From the NCBI GenBank assembly GCA_963804955.1, contig CAWDSQ010000011.1, forward strand, positions 64,001 to 128,000: 64,000 nt of DNA, given 5' to 3'. The stretch comes from an uncultured delta proteobacterium. Its GTDB lineage: Bacteria; Desulfobacterota; WTBG01; CAIYCZ01; CAIRTM01. Position 1 is the first letter of the stretch, and each line of letters opens with the position of its first letter. This document shows, piece after piece, positions 1-11,732 of the stretch. The notes beneath the pieces were generated by a model. That model was not told the origin of the DNA. It made no database searches and worked only from the letters and a program-made list of their open reading frames with translations. A program made the position numbers and the translations under genes.

Positions 1-131
1 CAATCGCAGGGGGGCTTGCGCTCTGGCTACTGGCAGGCCGCTTGCTGCGTTTGTATCTGAAAAATAAAAAGGCAGAGGATGCGCAAGTACCATCAGTGAA
101 AGCTGCCGGGTCAATCCCTGTTTCGGAATAA
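1..131 (+). CDS. 3' end of a probable membrane protein (truncated by window edge)
   Basis: Open frame IAGGLALWLLAGRLLRLYLKNKKAEDAQVPSVKAAGSIPVSE* ending in TAA at 129-131; hydrophobic segment followed by basic residues. Confidence 0.5.
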   Translation, partial: IAGGLALWLLAGRLLRLYLKNKKAEDAQVPSVKAAGSIPVSE

Positions 132-336
132 TTAAAAGCGCGTTGCCGGCGGCTTTCGCTGACGACTCTCCGCCCAGAGACGGACCCCTCTCTGCTCCTC
201 CTCCGTGACCGCCTCCACCCAGCGCCTTGTGCTAAAGGCAAAAGCCGTATTGCCATAAATCGCAGACTCCTGTATACTCTTAATCTTTTTTAAATTGTGG
301 ATACAGAGTCCGTGTTTCAAGTGAAAGGAGTTTCAA

Positions 337-1166
337 ATGTCTGAAGTCGTGCGCTACGACAATCTTATGCAGTATCTGCTGCGCAAAAACGGCAACTACC
401 TGTTCAAGGTGCCGTTCCGGGGCGGCTGGGCAGTGCTCAAGAACTACCAGGGCTCGCGCAGCCAGTTCGCCTATATGAAAAAAAGCGTCACCAACATACT
501 TTACTACAACCAGACCTCGTTCATGCCCAAGGGGCGTCTGAAAACCGAGCTTGCCTGCATGCGCCTGTGGCGCGAGGCGGGAGTCAGGGTCTTTGACATT
601 TATGACGGTGTGGTCGTCGAAGGCCTGCGGAGGGCTTTTACGCCATGTTCGAGTATGTGGACCGGCCGAAGTTTATCATGTACTTTGCCGACAAGAGCGT
701 GCCGCTGGAAGAAAAGCTCGAGGTCTGGCGCAGGTTTCTGCCGGTCTGGCACCGGCGGCTGGCCCTGGCAATCGAGCGCCGGGAGGCGCGCCTCATTCAC
801 GAAAACGGCGACATGAAGCATGTGATGATCATGCCCGACGGCGGTTTTCTGTTTTTTGATTTTGAAATGGCCTATCGCTCCCCCAACCGCGTGCCCGAGT
901 TTGTGGCCCATGAGATCCTTGCCTATCTCAAATCGCTGTGCAAAACCGTGGGCCGCGACCAGTGGCCCATTTTCCTGAAAGAAACGGCCCTGCACTTCCC
1001 CGATAAAAAGCTGCTTCGAAGCGCCTATGAGTTTCAGTTCGAGCATCCCAATCCCGCTCTGCGCGTGCTCAGGCTGCTTGACCGTCTGCTGCGGCTGAAA
1101 AACAGGAAATATTTTTCCAAATACAATGTGGCGCGCCGCCTGCGCGATATTATTGATGCAGTCTGA
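337..1166 (+). CDS. Protein-kinase-like fold protein (Kdo/WaaP/InaA-like), one frameshift near 630
   Basis: ORFs 337-816 and 645-1166 join; VLKNY lysine strand, ELACMRLW helix, IHENGDMKHVM loop, FFDFE motif; AAGGAG RBS. Confidence 0.6.
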
Positions 1167-2031
1167 AAGTTCCCGCTTCGACAAGGCCCACCACGTTTCT
1201 GGGCATGCAGGCCGAGGTGCTTGCCGTGAGCAAGCGGGGCGACGGCACACACCGCGTGCTGAAAGTGGACTTTCAGGGCACGCCTGTCGTGCGTAAAGTG
1301 CTATGGCCTGAAGGGCAGCCGCCTGCAGGCCCTGTCGCGCCAGTTCGGCTCGCGGCTGCTGCTCGGGAAATCGACCTATACGGCCCGGGGCCGCTATGCC
1401 ACCGAGCGGGCCGTGCTTGAGCTGTGGCGGCGTGAAGGATTTGATACACCACGGGTGCTCGATATCCCCGAGCTTGCCGGGGTTGGGCAGCCCTGTCTTG
1501 CCATGGAGTTCGTGCCCGGTGAGCTCATGTCAAAGCTCATTCGCTCCAGCTGATGAGCCGCTTGCCAGAAAAAAAGAGCTGGTGGCCCGTTTTGCAGAAA
1601 CCGCGGGACGCCGCCATGCCGAGCCCTCGAGCTGTCTGAGCCCGGCCTGATTTTCAAACATCCCACCTTCAGCCATATCATTGTGAACGGTGAGCGCCTC
1701 GTGCATTTTGATTTCGAGCAGGCCCTGACCCATACAAGCGGCATAGAGCGCTATATCCGCCATGAAATAGCAGGCTTTCTACATGCTCTGCCGCGTGCGG
1801 ATAGGGCCCTGTTTGCGGAACTTTTTTACCGCATTCAGCGCGAGCTATCCGGACCGGCAGCGCTTTGATCTGGTCATCGCCGAGCTGCAGCGCTTCGGCA
1901 CCGTGCCGCTTGCTTCGTGGCTTGAGCCGTTCGGCGGGCTTTTTCTGCGCTTCAAGCGCTATGAAAAGATGGCAAAGCTCGCGCGCTCTTTTGCGGCAGC
2001 GCCTCCTGCCGGAACGACGACTGCAGGCTGA
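1156..2031 (+). CDS. Second kinase-like paralog, frameshifted
   Basis: ATG overlaps upstream stop; fragments VVRK, ERAVLELWRREGF, LIFKHPTFSHIIV, VHFDFEQ parallel the upstream gene. Confidence 0.55.
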
Positions 2032-2092
2032 CCCGCTTGCATGGCCGCAGCGCTTCATTCATCCCTGGCGTCTTAATCATTGAGGACAGACA

Positions 2093-2476
2093 ATGCATAT
2101 AACCCGCTTTGATGCACACACCTATGTCCCCGCAAGCCACGAGGATTCTGTTGATCCCGGCGTCTGGAAGAAAGTGCTTTTCAGCCGGGCCGACAGTATC
2201 AGCGGCAGCGTTCAGATGATCAATTGGGCACATCTTCCCGCAGGCAGGATATTCCGGGGCCACTATCATGAAGACATGCAGGAGATTTTCATTATCGTAA
2301 AGGGGCGGCCGCGCATTACCATTGACAATGAGACAGCCGAGCTTGGGCCCGGCGACGGAGTTGTTATACCCGAAGGCGCGGTGCATGTCATGGAGGCCCC
2401 CTCCGGTCTGGAGGATGTGGAGTATATAGCTTTGGGGATTTCCCGGGGTGCGGGCGGCAAAACGATTACTGTATAA
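2093..2476 (+). CDS. Cupin-2 domain protein
   Basis: GHYHEDMQEIFIIVKG and GPGDGVVIPEGAVH cupin motifs; GAGG RBS. Confidence 0.85.
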   Translation: MHITRFDAHTYVPASHEDSVDPGVWKKVLFSRADSISGSVQMINWAHLPAGRIFRGHYHEDMQEIFIIVKGRPRITIDNETAELGPGDGVVIPEGAVHVMEAPSGLEDVEYIALGISRGAGGKTITV

Positions 2477-2506
2477 AAAAAGACGGTGTTGACACCGTCT
2501 TTTTTT
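2475..2506. terminator. Bidirectional intrinsic terminator
   Basis: AAAAAAAGACGGTG-TTGA-CACCGTCTTTTTTT between convergent genes. Confidence 0.8.
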
Positions 2507-2531
2507 ATACTCCAGTTCAGACGCATTGCCT

Positions 2532-3358
2532 TCAGACAATGGTTTTTTTTGTCAGCTGGTTTAGAACCTGCCACATTTTTTCCGGCGTTTTGCAGTCAAG
2601 CAGCTTTTCCCGCGCGGGCGCTTCGCGGAATGCCTCCATGAGGCCCGTGATGAGCTGCAGGTAGAACGCGCTTGCCGCAAGGGGAATCACCATGAAGAAA
2701 AAAATGCGGGTAAGATGTTTTTTTGGGTGCGCCGAAAGCAATGCCGTCTTTCTTGAGGCCGCAGGCCAGAATGAGCCCTCCGCCTTCAACGCCGCGCACA
2801 TGCGGGAAGGCAAGGCCGTGCTCGATAGCCGTCGGCACGATTGATTCGCGGCTCAGCGCCACCTCCAGAAGCCGGTCAGGCTCTTCAATATAGCCTTGCG
2901 CAGCCAGAAGCTGCGTCATCTCGGCAAGCACCTCCTGGCGGTCTTTTCCGGCAAGCTCGGGTATCATGAGACTGCTTGCCGAAAACCGGTCAAGGCCGGC
3001 GCTGGGCTTGGAAACGCGCTTCACCTGCCGGGGCAGGCTGTCGCGGTAATAGATGATGCGGGTGCAGCGGGGGCATTGTATGATTTTTTCCCCCACCTGC
3101 ACTTCATAGGCAAGGATAGTGGGCACAGCCATGCCGCAGCCCGTGCAAATGCCCTTGGCCATGGGCACGACGGCTGTGGCATAATGCTTGATGAGCTTTT
3201 GAAAAAGCTGGGCTATTTCTTTCGGGTATGCCGCCGGTCAGCGACTTTATGGATTCTTCAAGCGTTTGAAGGTGGGTTTCCGTGGTAAGGGCCTTCTGTT
3301 CTGCAAGGGTGAAGCTCAGGTCCTGCAGCTGTATCAGTTGATTCATTATTTGCTTCAT
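2532..3358 (-). CDS. C4 zinc-ribbon (DUF164-like) protein fused to a PTS EIIA-2 (PtsN-like) domain, frameshifted
   Basis: LIQLQDL N-terminus, CTGC...CPRCTRIIY ribbon, then in the same frame RESIVPTAIEHGLAFPH EIIA phospho-His motif. Confidence 0.75.
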
Positions 3359-3457
3359 GCGCGGGCGTCTCCGTGATAAAAGGTGGTTAGAGAGGTGTGA
3401 AATGCTTACTCTTATATCTATAGGAAAATCGGGATTTTTTCAAGAGGAATCGCCCGT

Positions 3458-4425
3458 ATGACCCTGGCAACAACTCCTCGACCATACCCGTTACTGCCGT
3501 TGATTCTCATGACAGGGCTTTTGTCGTCACGTTCGGCAGAGCCTGCGGCGGGCTTGTCAGCTCAATTCAGGAGGCGGGGCTCATCAACCCGCCGGTGCTG
3601 GCAGCACAGCCTGGAAAGCCAACATACCGCATTGTCTGCGGTTTTTTGCGCGTGCAGGCCCTGCAGCAGCTGGGCTTCGCCGGAGTTTCCGGCGCGCGTT
3701 ATACAGCCGGGCGCAACAGATGCTGAAATGCTTGCCTGGGCGCTGCATGATAATCTCGGTTCACCGGGCTTTTAATCCGGTTGAGCAGGCAGGGGCCATT
3801 GCTCGGCTTTTATGCTATCTTGCCGGAAAATGAGGTGGTGGGCCGGTGGCTGCCGCTGCTGGGGCTGCCGCCGACCATGAAAGCTCTTGATACGTGTCTG
3901 CGCATCGACGGGCTTGAGCATGAGCTGAAAGAAGCCCTTGCAGCCGGCCTGCTGTCCGGCCACAGCGCCGCAGAGCTTGCTGCGCTGCCGGCTGATGACC
4001 GGCTGGCTTTATATAATCTTTTCACCTCCGTGCATCTGAGCGTCAGCAAGCAGGCCGAGAGTCATTGAAAGCTGCGTTGATCTTGCCCGGCGAGACACTA
4101 TGACCATATGCGGCATATCTTCAGTGCTGCAGGGATTCAGGCAATTCTTGCAGCCCCGAATCCCAATCTGTCGCAGAAAGGAGAGCAGGTCCGGGCATGG
4201 CTCAGGAGCTGCCGCTTTCCCCGGCTTACCCGCCGGGAAGAGCGCTTTACCGCCCTTGCAAAAAAGCTGCCCCATGCAGGCGGCGTTCGTCTGGTGCCGC
4301 CGCCGTCATTTGAAGGCGGCACCTATCGCATCGAGATAGCTTTTTCGCGGCAGGAAGCGCTTGCAGCTGCAGCCCGAACCGTCCAGTCGCTTGCTGACGA
4401 CGAATCCCTGCGCGCAGGTGCTTGA
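3458..4425 (+). CDS. ParB/Srx N-terminal domain protein, frameshifted
   Basis: Stitched fragments contain GLINPPVL, YRIVCGF.RVQA, ALHDN typical of ParB-N domains. Confidence 0.65.
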
Positions 4426-4434
4426 GGACGGGCA

Positions 4435-5542
4435 GTGACGCTGTTTACACCAGAGCATATTTATGTTGAACAAGAGGCGGCCGATTTACCGCTTGCCCGG
4501 CAGGTGATCGAGCGCTGCCCGGGCGTGCCTGTCGAAGTCGTGCCATCGGCAAAGGAGCTTATCGCCACACTTCAGAAGCAGCGGGAAGAGGCGGTGCGGG
4601 GGAAAAAGAAGCTGCTGCTCTGCCGCAACCGGGGCCGGTTTCTCGATGCCTGCCCGGGCACGCAGAACTACCGCTGCTGCGGCTATTGGGTTTTGACGCC
4701 GGGCGCCGGCTGCCCGCTTGACTGCACGTACTGCGTGCTGCAGGCCTATCTGAACAATCCTCTCATCACCCTGTATGCCAATCTGCAGGATATGCTTGAT
4801 GAACTCGAAGCAGCCCCTGAGTTGCTCAGTGGCGCCATCAGGCGCATCGGCACGGGCGAGTTCATGGACAGCATGGCCCTTGAGCATCTTACGGATTTTG
4901 CCTCGTTCGTATCTGCCGTTTTTCCGGTCGCGGCCAGGCCTCGTGCTCGAGCTCAAGACCAAAACCGTGCAGATAGAGCCGCTGCTCAATCTCGACCACG
5001 GCGGCTCATATATAATTTCCTGGTCGCTGAACACCGCTGGTATTGTTGCAGCCGAAGAGCATGGCGCGGCCGGTCTTGACGAGCGCATAGCGGCAGCCAA
5101 AAAAGTTATTGAAAAGGGCTACCGGGTCGGGTTTCACTTCGACCCGATGATTTATCATGAGGGCTGGGAGCAGGGCTACCGGGCCGTGGTGGAGATGCTT
5201 GCGGAAAATATACCACCGGAGTCTATCGCCTGGGTGAGCATCGGGGCCCTGCGGTTCATGCCGCAGCTTAAAAACATTGCCCAACGGCGGTTTCCCGGCA
5301 CGCGTATTTATACCGGCGAGTTCCTGCCCGGCTTTGACGGCAAAATGCGCTATCTGCAGGAGATCCGCCTTGAGATGTTTAAAAAAATGGCCGGCTGGTT
5401 TAAAGACCTGCTGCCCGGGGTGTTTGTTTACTTCTGCATGGAAAATGAGCTTTCCTGGAATAAATCTTTCGGCTGTTTCCCCGCTTCAAACGCCGCGCTG
5501 AAAAACCTTCTCGATCAGCGGCTAGAGCATTTTTCTAAATAG
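4435..5542 (+). CDS. Spore photoproduct lyase family radical SAM protein, one frameshift
   Basis: CPGT..YRCCGY, GCPLDCTYC (CxxxCxxC), RIGTGEF.DS, LELKTK, VGFHFDP, YFCME. Confidence 0.85.
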
Positions 5543-5684
5543 TGTAGCCCTATTGTCATTTCGAATCCCGCAGCAGGCGGGATGAGAAATCTTAACACCT
5601 TGATTATACTTTAGCCTAAGATCTCTCCCTGCGGTCGAGATGACAGATAGGTAGACCGTCTATAGTAAAAAGAAAAATGCTCTA
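5523..5684. mobile_element. MITE with TAGAGCATTTTTCT terminal inverted repeats enclosing a TGTCATTTCGA...TCGAGATGACA palindromic element
   Basis: Perfect 14-bp IR at 5523-5536 and 5671-5684; inner IR 5554-5564 and 5635-5645. Confidence 0.7.
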
Positions 5685-5723
5685 AGGTTAAATGATTCAA
5701 CATTCAAGATTCCGGATTCATGA

Positions 5724-5948
5724 TTGCAGGGGCGTTCAGCGAACGCACTGTTTGCTGTCGAGCAGCATCGCCCGCCGCGCCCTTGTAAATTGGAATCATC
5801 CGAAGGGAAAAACTCTGGTTTGCTGACAGATTCAGTTGTGATGACCGATAATCCGGCAGCCATCACCGATCTTGCCATAGACCGCGTGATTGGCAAACTG
5901 CCGATGAAGACAATTAACAAAGCCTTAAAATATACGCTCGGCTTGTAG
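5724..5948 (+). pseudogene. PemK/MazF toxin C-terminal remnant
   Basis: SGLLTDSVVMTDN...IDRVIGKLPMKTINKALKYTLGL matches PemK C-terminus; N-terminal RP motif region missing. Confidence 0.6.
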
Positions 5949-6094
5949 ATCGAAACCCCGGCCGACTACTTCATTACGTTTTCTTCTAAAGCACCTTAAG
6001 CATACACAAAAAGGCAGGCTCTCTGCAGAACCGGCCTTTTTGTTTATTTCAAGGATTCTGATACTCTAATCGCTATCGACGAAGATTCCGCAGG

Positions 6095-7929
6095 TTATTC
6101 CGGCGTATAAAAAACGCCCAGCAGGTCTTCAGTCTGCGATTTTGGAACCAGGCTTGCATCCGTGCTCTGCACCCTGAACTGATAATACATGCCTGCTTCA
6201 AGCGGCTGTGCCGGAGTTGTACATGTTCCGTCTCCGTAAGTATAGATGACGTTGGCTCCGCCTGTATGTTCCGGAATTTCACAATCCAGAACCTTTTCAC
6301 CGAAGGCATTGTATACGACAATCAAATAATGCTTTTCGCTTGAATCATCCTTCCAAACCAGCTGCAGGCTGGCGGGATCAATCAGCTCAGGTTCGGTTGC
6401 GCCGGGAGAAACAATGTCGAGGGCCCCTGTCACCTTAAATGAGGTCGGCAGGCTTATGTAGTAGGATGAAGTGGCATTGTCAGGCACATGCTGGTAGACG
6501 AGATTTGTTCCGCCTATGGAGGTGTCAGGGTCGCGCACCAGGAAATCATTCTCAAAGGCCGCAAGCACCACATAGTAGCCGTCGGGAACGCCTGTAATCT
6601 CAAAAGCCCCCTTGATGCTGGGGGTGCGGGCTGCTTGGGCGCACGCAAGCCCGGCGGAACCTCGCCCTTCACAAAAGTCGAGCTGAAGGTCGATACGGGA
6701 ACCAGCACGACCGTGGTATTGTCGCCGTCGCCGGGGTTGACGATATTGACGCTGCCGTTTACCGTGCCATAGGCCTTGTCATTTTCCACAAGCGAAACGC
6801 CGGTGAGGTTTTCGCTTGTAGTATGCGTTACCTCAGCCGGGGTAAGCTGCAGGAACTCTTTGTAGCCGCGGATTGTCCATGAGCCTGCCGGCACATTGAA
6901 AATGGTATAGCCGCCCTGCTTGTCGCTGAAGGTAAACGGACAGGTCAGCCCGCAGAGCCCGCCTTCTGCAACCACAAGTGTGCCGCCGGGGTGAGTGCTG
7001 TTGTCGCCGGCAAGAATAATGGAGCCTGAAATGCTCTTTCTGCCGGTTTCATTATCGGGAAGCTTGATCAAAGCAATATCGGTCGAAGCATTCTTAAGTA
7101 CATAGGTGCCGTTATCAAGCTGTGTTGCCTGCGTTGCATCAACAGGGATCGCCGGGCGTATGCCTGAAGGGTAGGGCTGATAATCATTTGCCTCGGCGCG
7201 CAGCGTCAGGGTGCCTTCAACCAGGGAGCCATTGTCACCACGCTCAACCGGCACCTGTAGCTTGTAGGTGCCATTGTCACCTGTTATGGCAACATCGGTT
7301 GCCACTGCGCCGGTCTTGTCCTTGGCAGCCACATGGGCGCTGACGATACCCAGGTTTTTGTCTGTCGAGTTAAAGACCCTGCCTTCAACATACACCGCGC
7401 TGTAGCAGGCATAGCCGCCGTCAGGGCCAAGCTCACAGGACTCGCCGGCGCCGCAGCCTTCGCTGCTGTAGGGATCACAACCCGGCATGCAGACGCCGGA
7501 GCCGTCTCCCAGATCCAGGCAGTACTCAGCCTGCCCGCATGACGCAGGGCCCGCCGCAGGATCGCATTCGGGCCTGCAGAGATTTTCTCCATCGGCTGCC
7601 ACGGGTGCGCAGAGCCAGCCGTCGGCACAGGAGCGCGGAAACCTCCTGTCAGGATTACAGGCGGGCGCGCAGGCGGACTGCCCTGCACCAAAACGGAAGC
7701 AGGTCTCATTTCTGCCGCAGGCGTCTGCGGCGCCGGTGTCGCACTCGTCCAGGCAGACGGTTGTCCTGCGGCCGATGTCCTGGCAGACCTTCCCTTCAGG
7801 GCAGGGTTTATCTTCAGTACAGCGCTTGTACCATTTTCCGCAGGCCGGCAGTATGGAAACAAGGGCTGTGGCGATCAGAAGGATAAGTATACGGCTGGCA
7901 GATTTTTTCATGGTTTTTGTATCCTCCAT
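6095..7929 (-). CDS. Cys-rich secreted lipoprotein with carboxypeptidase-regulatory-like beta-sandwich domains, one frameshift
   Basis: Signal/lipobox ILPAC, repeated C..CDP....C....C motifs, VEGRVF..., TGDNGTYKL, GGYTIFNVPAGSWTI. Confidence 0.65.
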
Positions 7930-8024
7930 ATTTTAAAAGTAGTTTGATAAATTATAACTATAAAATTTGGGATATTTGTATGCAAAGTGCAATGTAAAAA
8001 ATTCATGCCCCGCAGCGTCAGGAC

Positions 8025-8066
8025 AAAAAAAGCGGGGATGACCTGCGTTAAAAGGTCATCCCCGCC
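8025..8066 (-). terminator. Intrinsic terminator downstream of nrdJ
   Basis: GCGGGGATGACC...GGTCATCCCCGC stem with adjacent A7 (U-tract on minus strand). Confidence 0.75.
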
Positions 8067-8086
8067 AGAGCAAACAAGACTTTTTA

Positions 8087-11000
8087 TCAGCTGCAGCCCG
8101 TGGTGGCGCCGCAGCTCACGCATTTGAGGCAGGCGCCGTTGCGCACGAGGGTAAACTGCTGGCATGCCGGGCAGGGGTCGCCTTCATAGCCCTTGGTCCG
8201 GGCTTCCCGCACGGTTGAAAGGCTGACGGCTTTTTTAAAGCCAGCTCCCGATGAAATGCTTCTGCCGCCGCCTGCTATGGCTTCAAGCCTTCCGGCATAG
8301 GCCTCCGTGACCTGGGCCACTTCGGCCTCAGGCTTTTTATCCTCCTGCCTGCCGATCGCGTCATGGCGCAGATCTTCGGCATTGATGCCGTGCCCGAGAT
8401 CTGCGCGTCCCAGATAGGTTATGGCAAGCTCCCGGAACAGATAGTCGATGATTGAGGTGGCCATCTTGATGTGGTCATTGCCCGTGACCATGCCGCTGGG
8501 CTCAAACCGGCTGAAAACAAAGGCATCCACGTATTCCTCAAGGGGAACGCCGTACTGCATGCCAAGGCTCACGGCTATGGCAAAGCTGTTCATGAGGCTG
8601 CGGAAGGCCGCGCCTTCCTTGTGCATATCGATAAAAAGCTCGCCGAGCCTGCCGTCATTGTATTCGCCCGTGCGCAGATAGACCTTGTGGCCGCCGACGA
8701 CCGCCTTTTGCGTATAGCCCTTGCGGCGGTTGGGAAGAGTTTCGCGGGTTGCAAGCGCCCGCTTGGTAATGACGGTTGCAATGCGCATGGCTTTTTCCGC
8801 TGCAGGCAGTGCATGAATGTCCTCAAGCTCGTCAAACAGCTCAAGGGCGGCCGTCAGGGGCTGGCTGAGCTTGGAGCCGTCGCGGTACAGGGCGATGGCC
8901 TTCAGGGCAAGCTTCCAGCTGAGCATATAGGCGTTTTTCACCTCTTCGACCGTGCTGTGATTGGGCATGTTGATGGTCTTGGAGATCGCCCCGGAGACGA
9001 AGGGCTGGCAGGCGGCCATCATGCGGATATGGCCTTCATAATGAATGAAGCGCGTGCCCGTGCGGCCGCAGCGGTTGGCGCAGTCAAACACGGCATAGTG
9101 CTCGTCGCGCAGATACGGCGCGCCCTCAAGCGTCATGGTGCCGCAGACATAGGTGTTGGCCTCCTCTATTTCCTCCTGCGTGAATCCGATGGCCTTGAGA
9201 ATATCGGCGCCGGTTTTTGAAAGCATGTCTTCGGGGATTTTCAGCACGGTTTTTATAAACTCCGACCCCAGCGTCCAGGGGCCGAAGGCATAGGAGATAT
9301 CAAAGGCTGCGGGCAGGGCCGCTTCGATGCGCTCGATCATATCGTCGGTGAAGCCCTTGTCCCGAAGGCTCTGGCGGTTGATGCAGGGCGCGCCCTTGAG
9401 CGTGCCGTGCCCCAGGGCATAGGCCACGATTTCCTGGGTTTCCGTAGTCGCTGTAGCCGAAGCGGCGCAGGGCGCGCGGCACGGACTGGTTGATGATTTT
9501 AAAATTGCCGCCGCCGGCCAGTGTTTTGAATTTCACCAGCGCATAGTCGGGCTCGATGCCCGTGGTGTCGCAGTCCATGACAAGGCCGATAGTGCCCGTG
9601 GGCGCGATGACCGTTACCTGGGCATTGCGGAAACCGTGGCTGCCGCCCTCGGCAAGCGCTTCGTCCCAGACCCTGTGCACTGCTTCAAGAAGTTCTGCCG
9701 GGCAGTCCTGCTGGTCGATGGGCACGGGCGGCGTATGCAGGCCCTCATAGTCTTTAGCGTCCTGGCCGCAGGCGGCGCGGCGGTGATTGCGGATGACGCG
9801 CAGCATGGGCTCGCGGTTTGCTTCAAAGCGGCTGAAGGCCCCAAGGCTTCCGGCTATCTCGGCGCTGGTGCGGTAGGCCTCGCCGGTCATCAGCGACGTG
9901 AGCGCAGCCGACAGGTTTCTGCCTTTGGGGCTGTCATAGGGAATCCCCAGCACCATCAGCAGCGCGCCGAGATTTGCATACCCGAGCCCCAGCGTTCGGT
10001 AGTCGAAGCTGCGGCGGGCAATTTCAGCGCTCGGGTATTGCGCCATGAGCACGCTTATTTCAAGGGTGATGGTCCAGAGGCGCACGGCATGCAGAAACAT
10101 GTCGACATTGATATCGCCTGTTTCATCATCAAGAAATCTCAGAAGGTTCAGGCTTGCCAGATTGCAGGCCGTATCGTCAAGAAACATGTACTCGGAGCAG
10201 GGGTTTGAGGCATTGATGCGGCCGTCTGCCGGGCAGGTGTGCCAGTCATTGATGGTCGTATCAAACTGCATGCCCGGGTCGGCGCACTGCCAGGCAGCCT
10301 CGGCTATCTGCTCCCAGAGCTCCCGGGCGGGAAGTGTTTTTGCCACCGCGCCGTCAGTGCGGCGGGTGAGATGCCAGGGGGCGTCGCTGCCGACGGCATG
10401 CAGAAACTCGTCGCTCACGCGCACGGTATTGTTGGAGTTCTGGCCGCTCACGCTCTGATAGGCCTCGGAGCCCCAGTCGAGCGTGTAGGTGTCGAAATTG
10501 TATCACCGTGTAGCCCTGCCTGGCAAACTGCACGGCCCGGTGAATGTAGTTGTCGGGCACGGCGTCGCGCCGGGCGCCGCGCACGGCCTCGGCAAGGGCG
10601 GGGTTGTGTTTAATGGAAAAGCGGTCTTCCGGCGTCATATCATCGTTCTGGCATGCCTGCATGATGGCATTGAGCCGGCGCTCACATATTATGCTGCCGG
10701 TCATGAGGGCTGCAACCTTCTGCTCCTCTTTTGCCTTCCAGACTATGAATTTTTCAATATCGGGATGATCGACATCAACGATGACCATCTTGGCTGCGCG
10801 GCGCGTGGTGCCGCCGCTTTTGATGGCGGCTGCCGCACGGTCGCCGATTCTTAAAAAGCTCATGAGGCCGCTTGACCTGCCGCCGCCCGACAGCGGCTCT
10901 CCTTCGGCGCGAAGGGGCGAAAAGTTGGTGCCCGTGCCTGAGCCGTATTTGAACAGGCGCGCCTCGCGCACCCACATATCCATAATGCCGCCCTCTTTTA

Positions 11001-11625
11001 CCAGCTCGTCGTGAATGCTCTGAATAAAGCAGGCATGGGGCTGGGGCCGCTCATAGGCGCTGGTGGATGCCAGCGTCTCGTTGGTTTTGGGGTCGACATA
11101 ATAGTGGCCCTGAGCCGCGCCGTCGATGCCATAGGCCCAGTGCAGGCCCGTATTGAACCACTGCGGCGAGTTGGGCGCCGTGATCTGATGGGCGAGCATA
11201 TAGGCCATTTCATCGCGGTAGGCATTGGCGTCATGGGCTGAATCGAAATACCCGTGTTTGAAACCCCAGTAGGTCCAGCAGCCGGCCATGCGGTCAAATA
11301 CGTCGCGGCTGTCCTCCTCGCCCCGAATGCGCTCTTCGGGCTTGAGCTGTTCGAGCGCCTCCTCATCCGCCGTGCCGCGCTGCAGCCATGAGGGCACATC
11401 GGGCTCGGCCACATGCGTGAGAGCCGCAGGTATGCCCGTTTTGCGGAAATACTTCTGGGATATGATGTCGGTTGCCATCTGGCTCCAGAAGGAAGGCACT
11501 ACCGCCTTTTTGACCTTGGACACCACCGAGCCGTCCATTGTTTTGATTTCGCTTTTGCGGGCTTCAAACGTGATGCCCTCATAGGGCGTGGCGAGGTTAC
11601 GGGTAAAAAAGCGCTCTATTTTCAT
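8087..11625 (-). CDS. nrdJ: Vitamin B12-dependent (class II) ribonucleotide reductase, two frameshifts
   Basis: [54 protein letters not shown]-terminal [12 protein letters not shown]. Confidence 0.95.
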
Positions 11626-11685
11626 TTACAGCCCCCGGTTGTGACGTGAATGGTTGTTTTAGGAAGATAAGCGGGAAGCATAATG

Positions 11686-11732
11686 TAACCAAATGTTGTT
11701 GTCAATAATTTTCATGGCACAACATATGGATA
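11686..11732. promoter_or_regulatory. Tandem NrdR boxes upstream of nrdJ
   Basis: TAACCAAATGTTGTTG (11686) and GCACAACATATGGATA (11717) fit acaCwAtATaTwGtgt, 31 bp apart. Confidence 0.75.

Noticed and set aside
138..256. GC-rich, strand-asymmetric intergenic stretch as an ncRNA
   Set aside because: No recognisable motif or second copy in the window; could be a repeat relic but cannot be supported
8087..11625. Intein or intron in nrdJ
   Set aside because: Conserved motifs are contiguous across the frameshifts; no splice motifs or homing endonuclease
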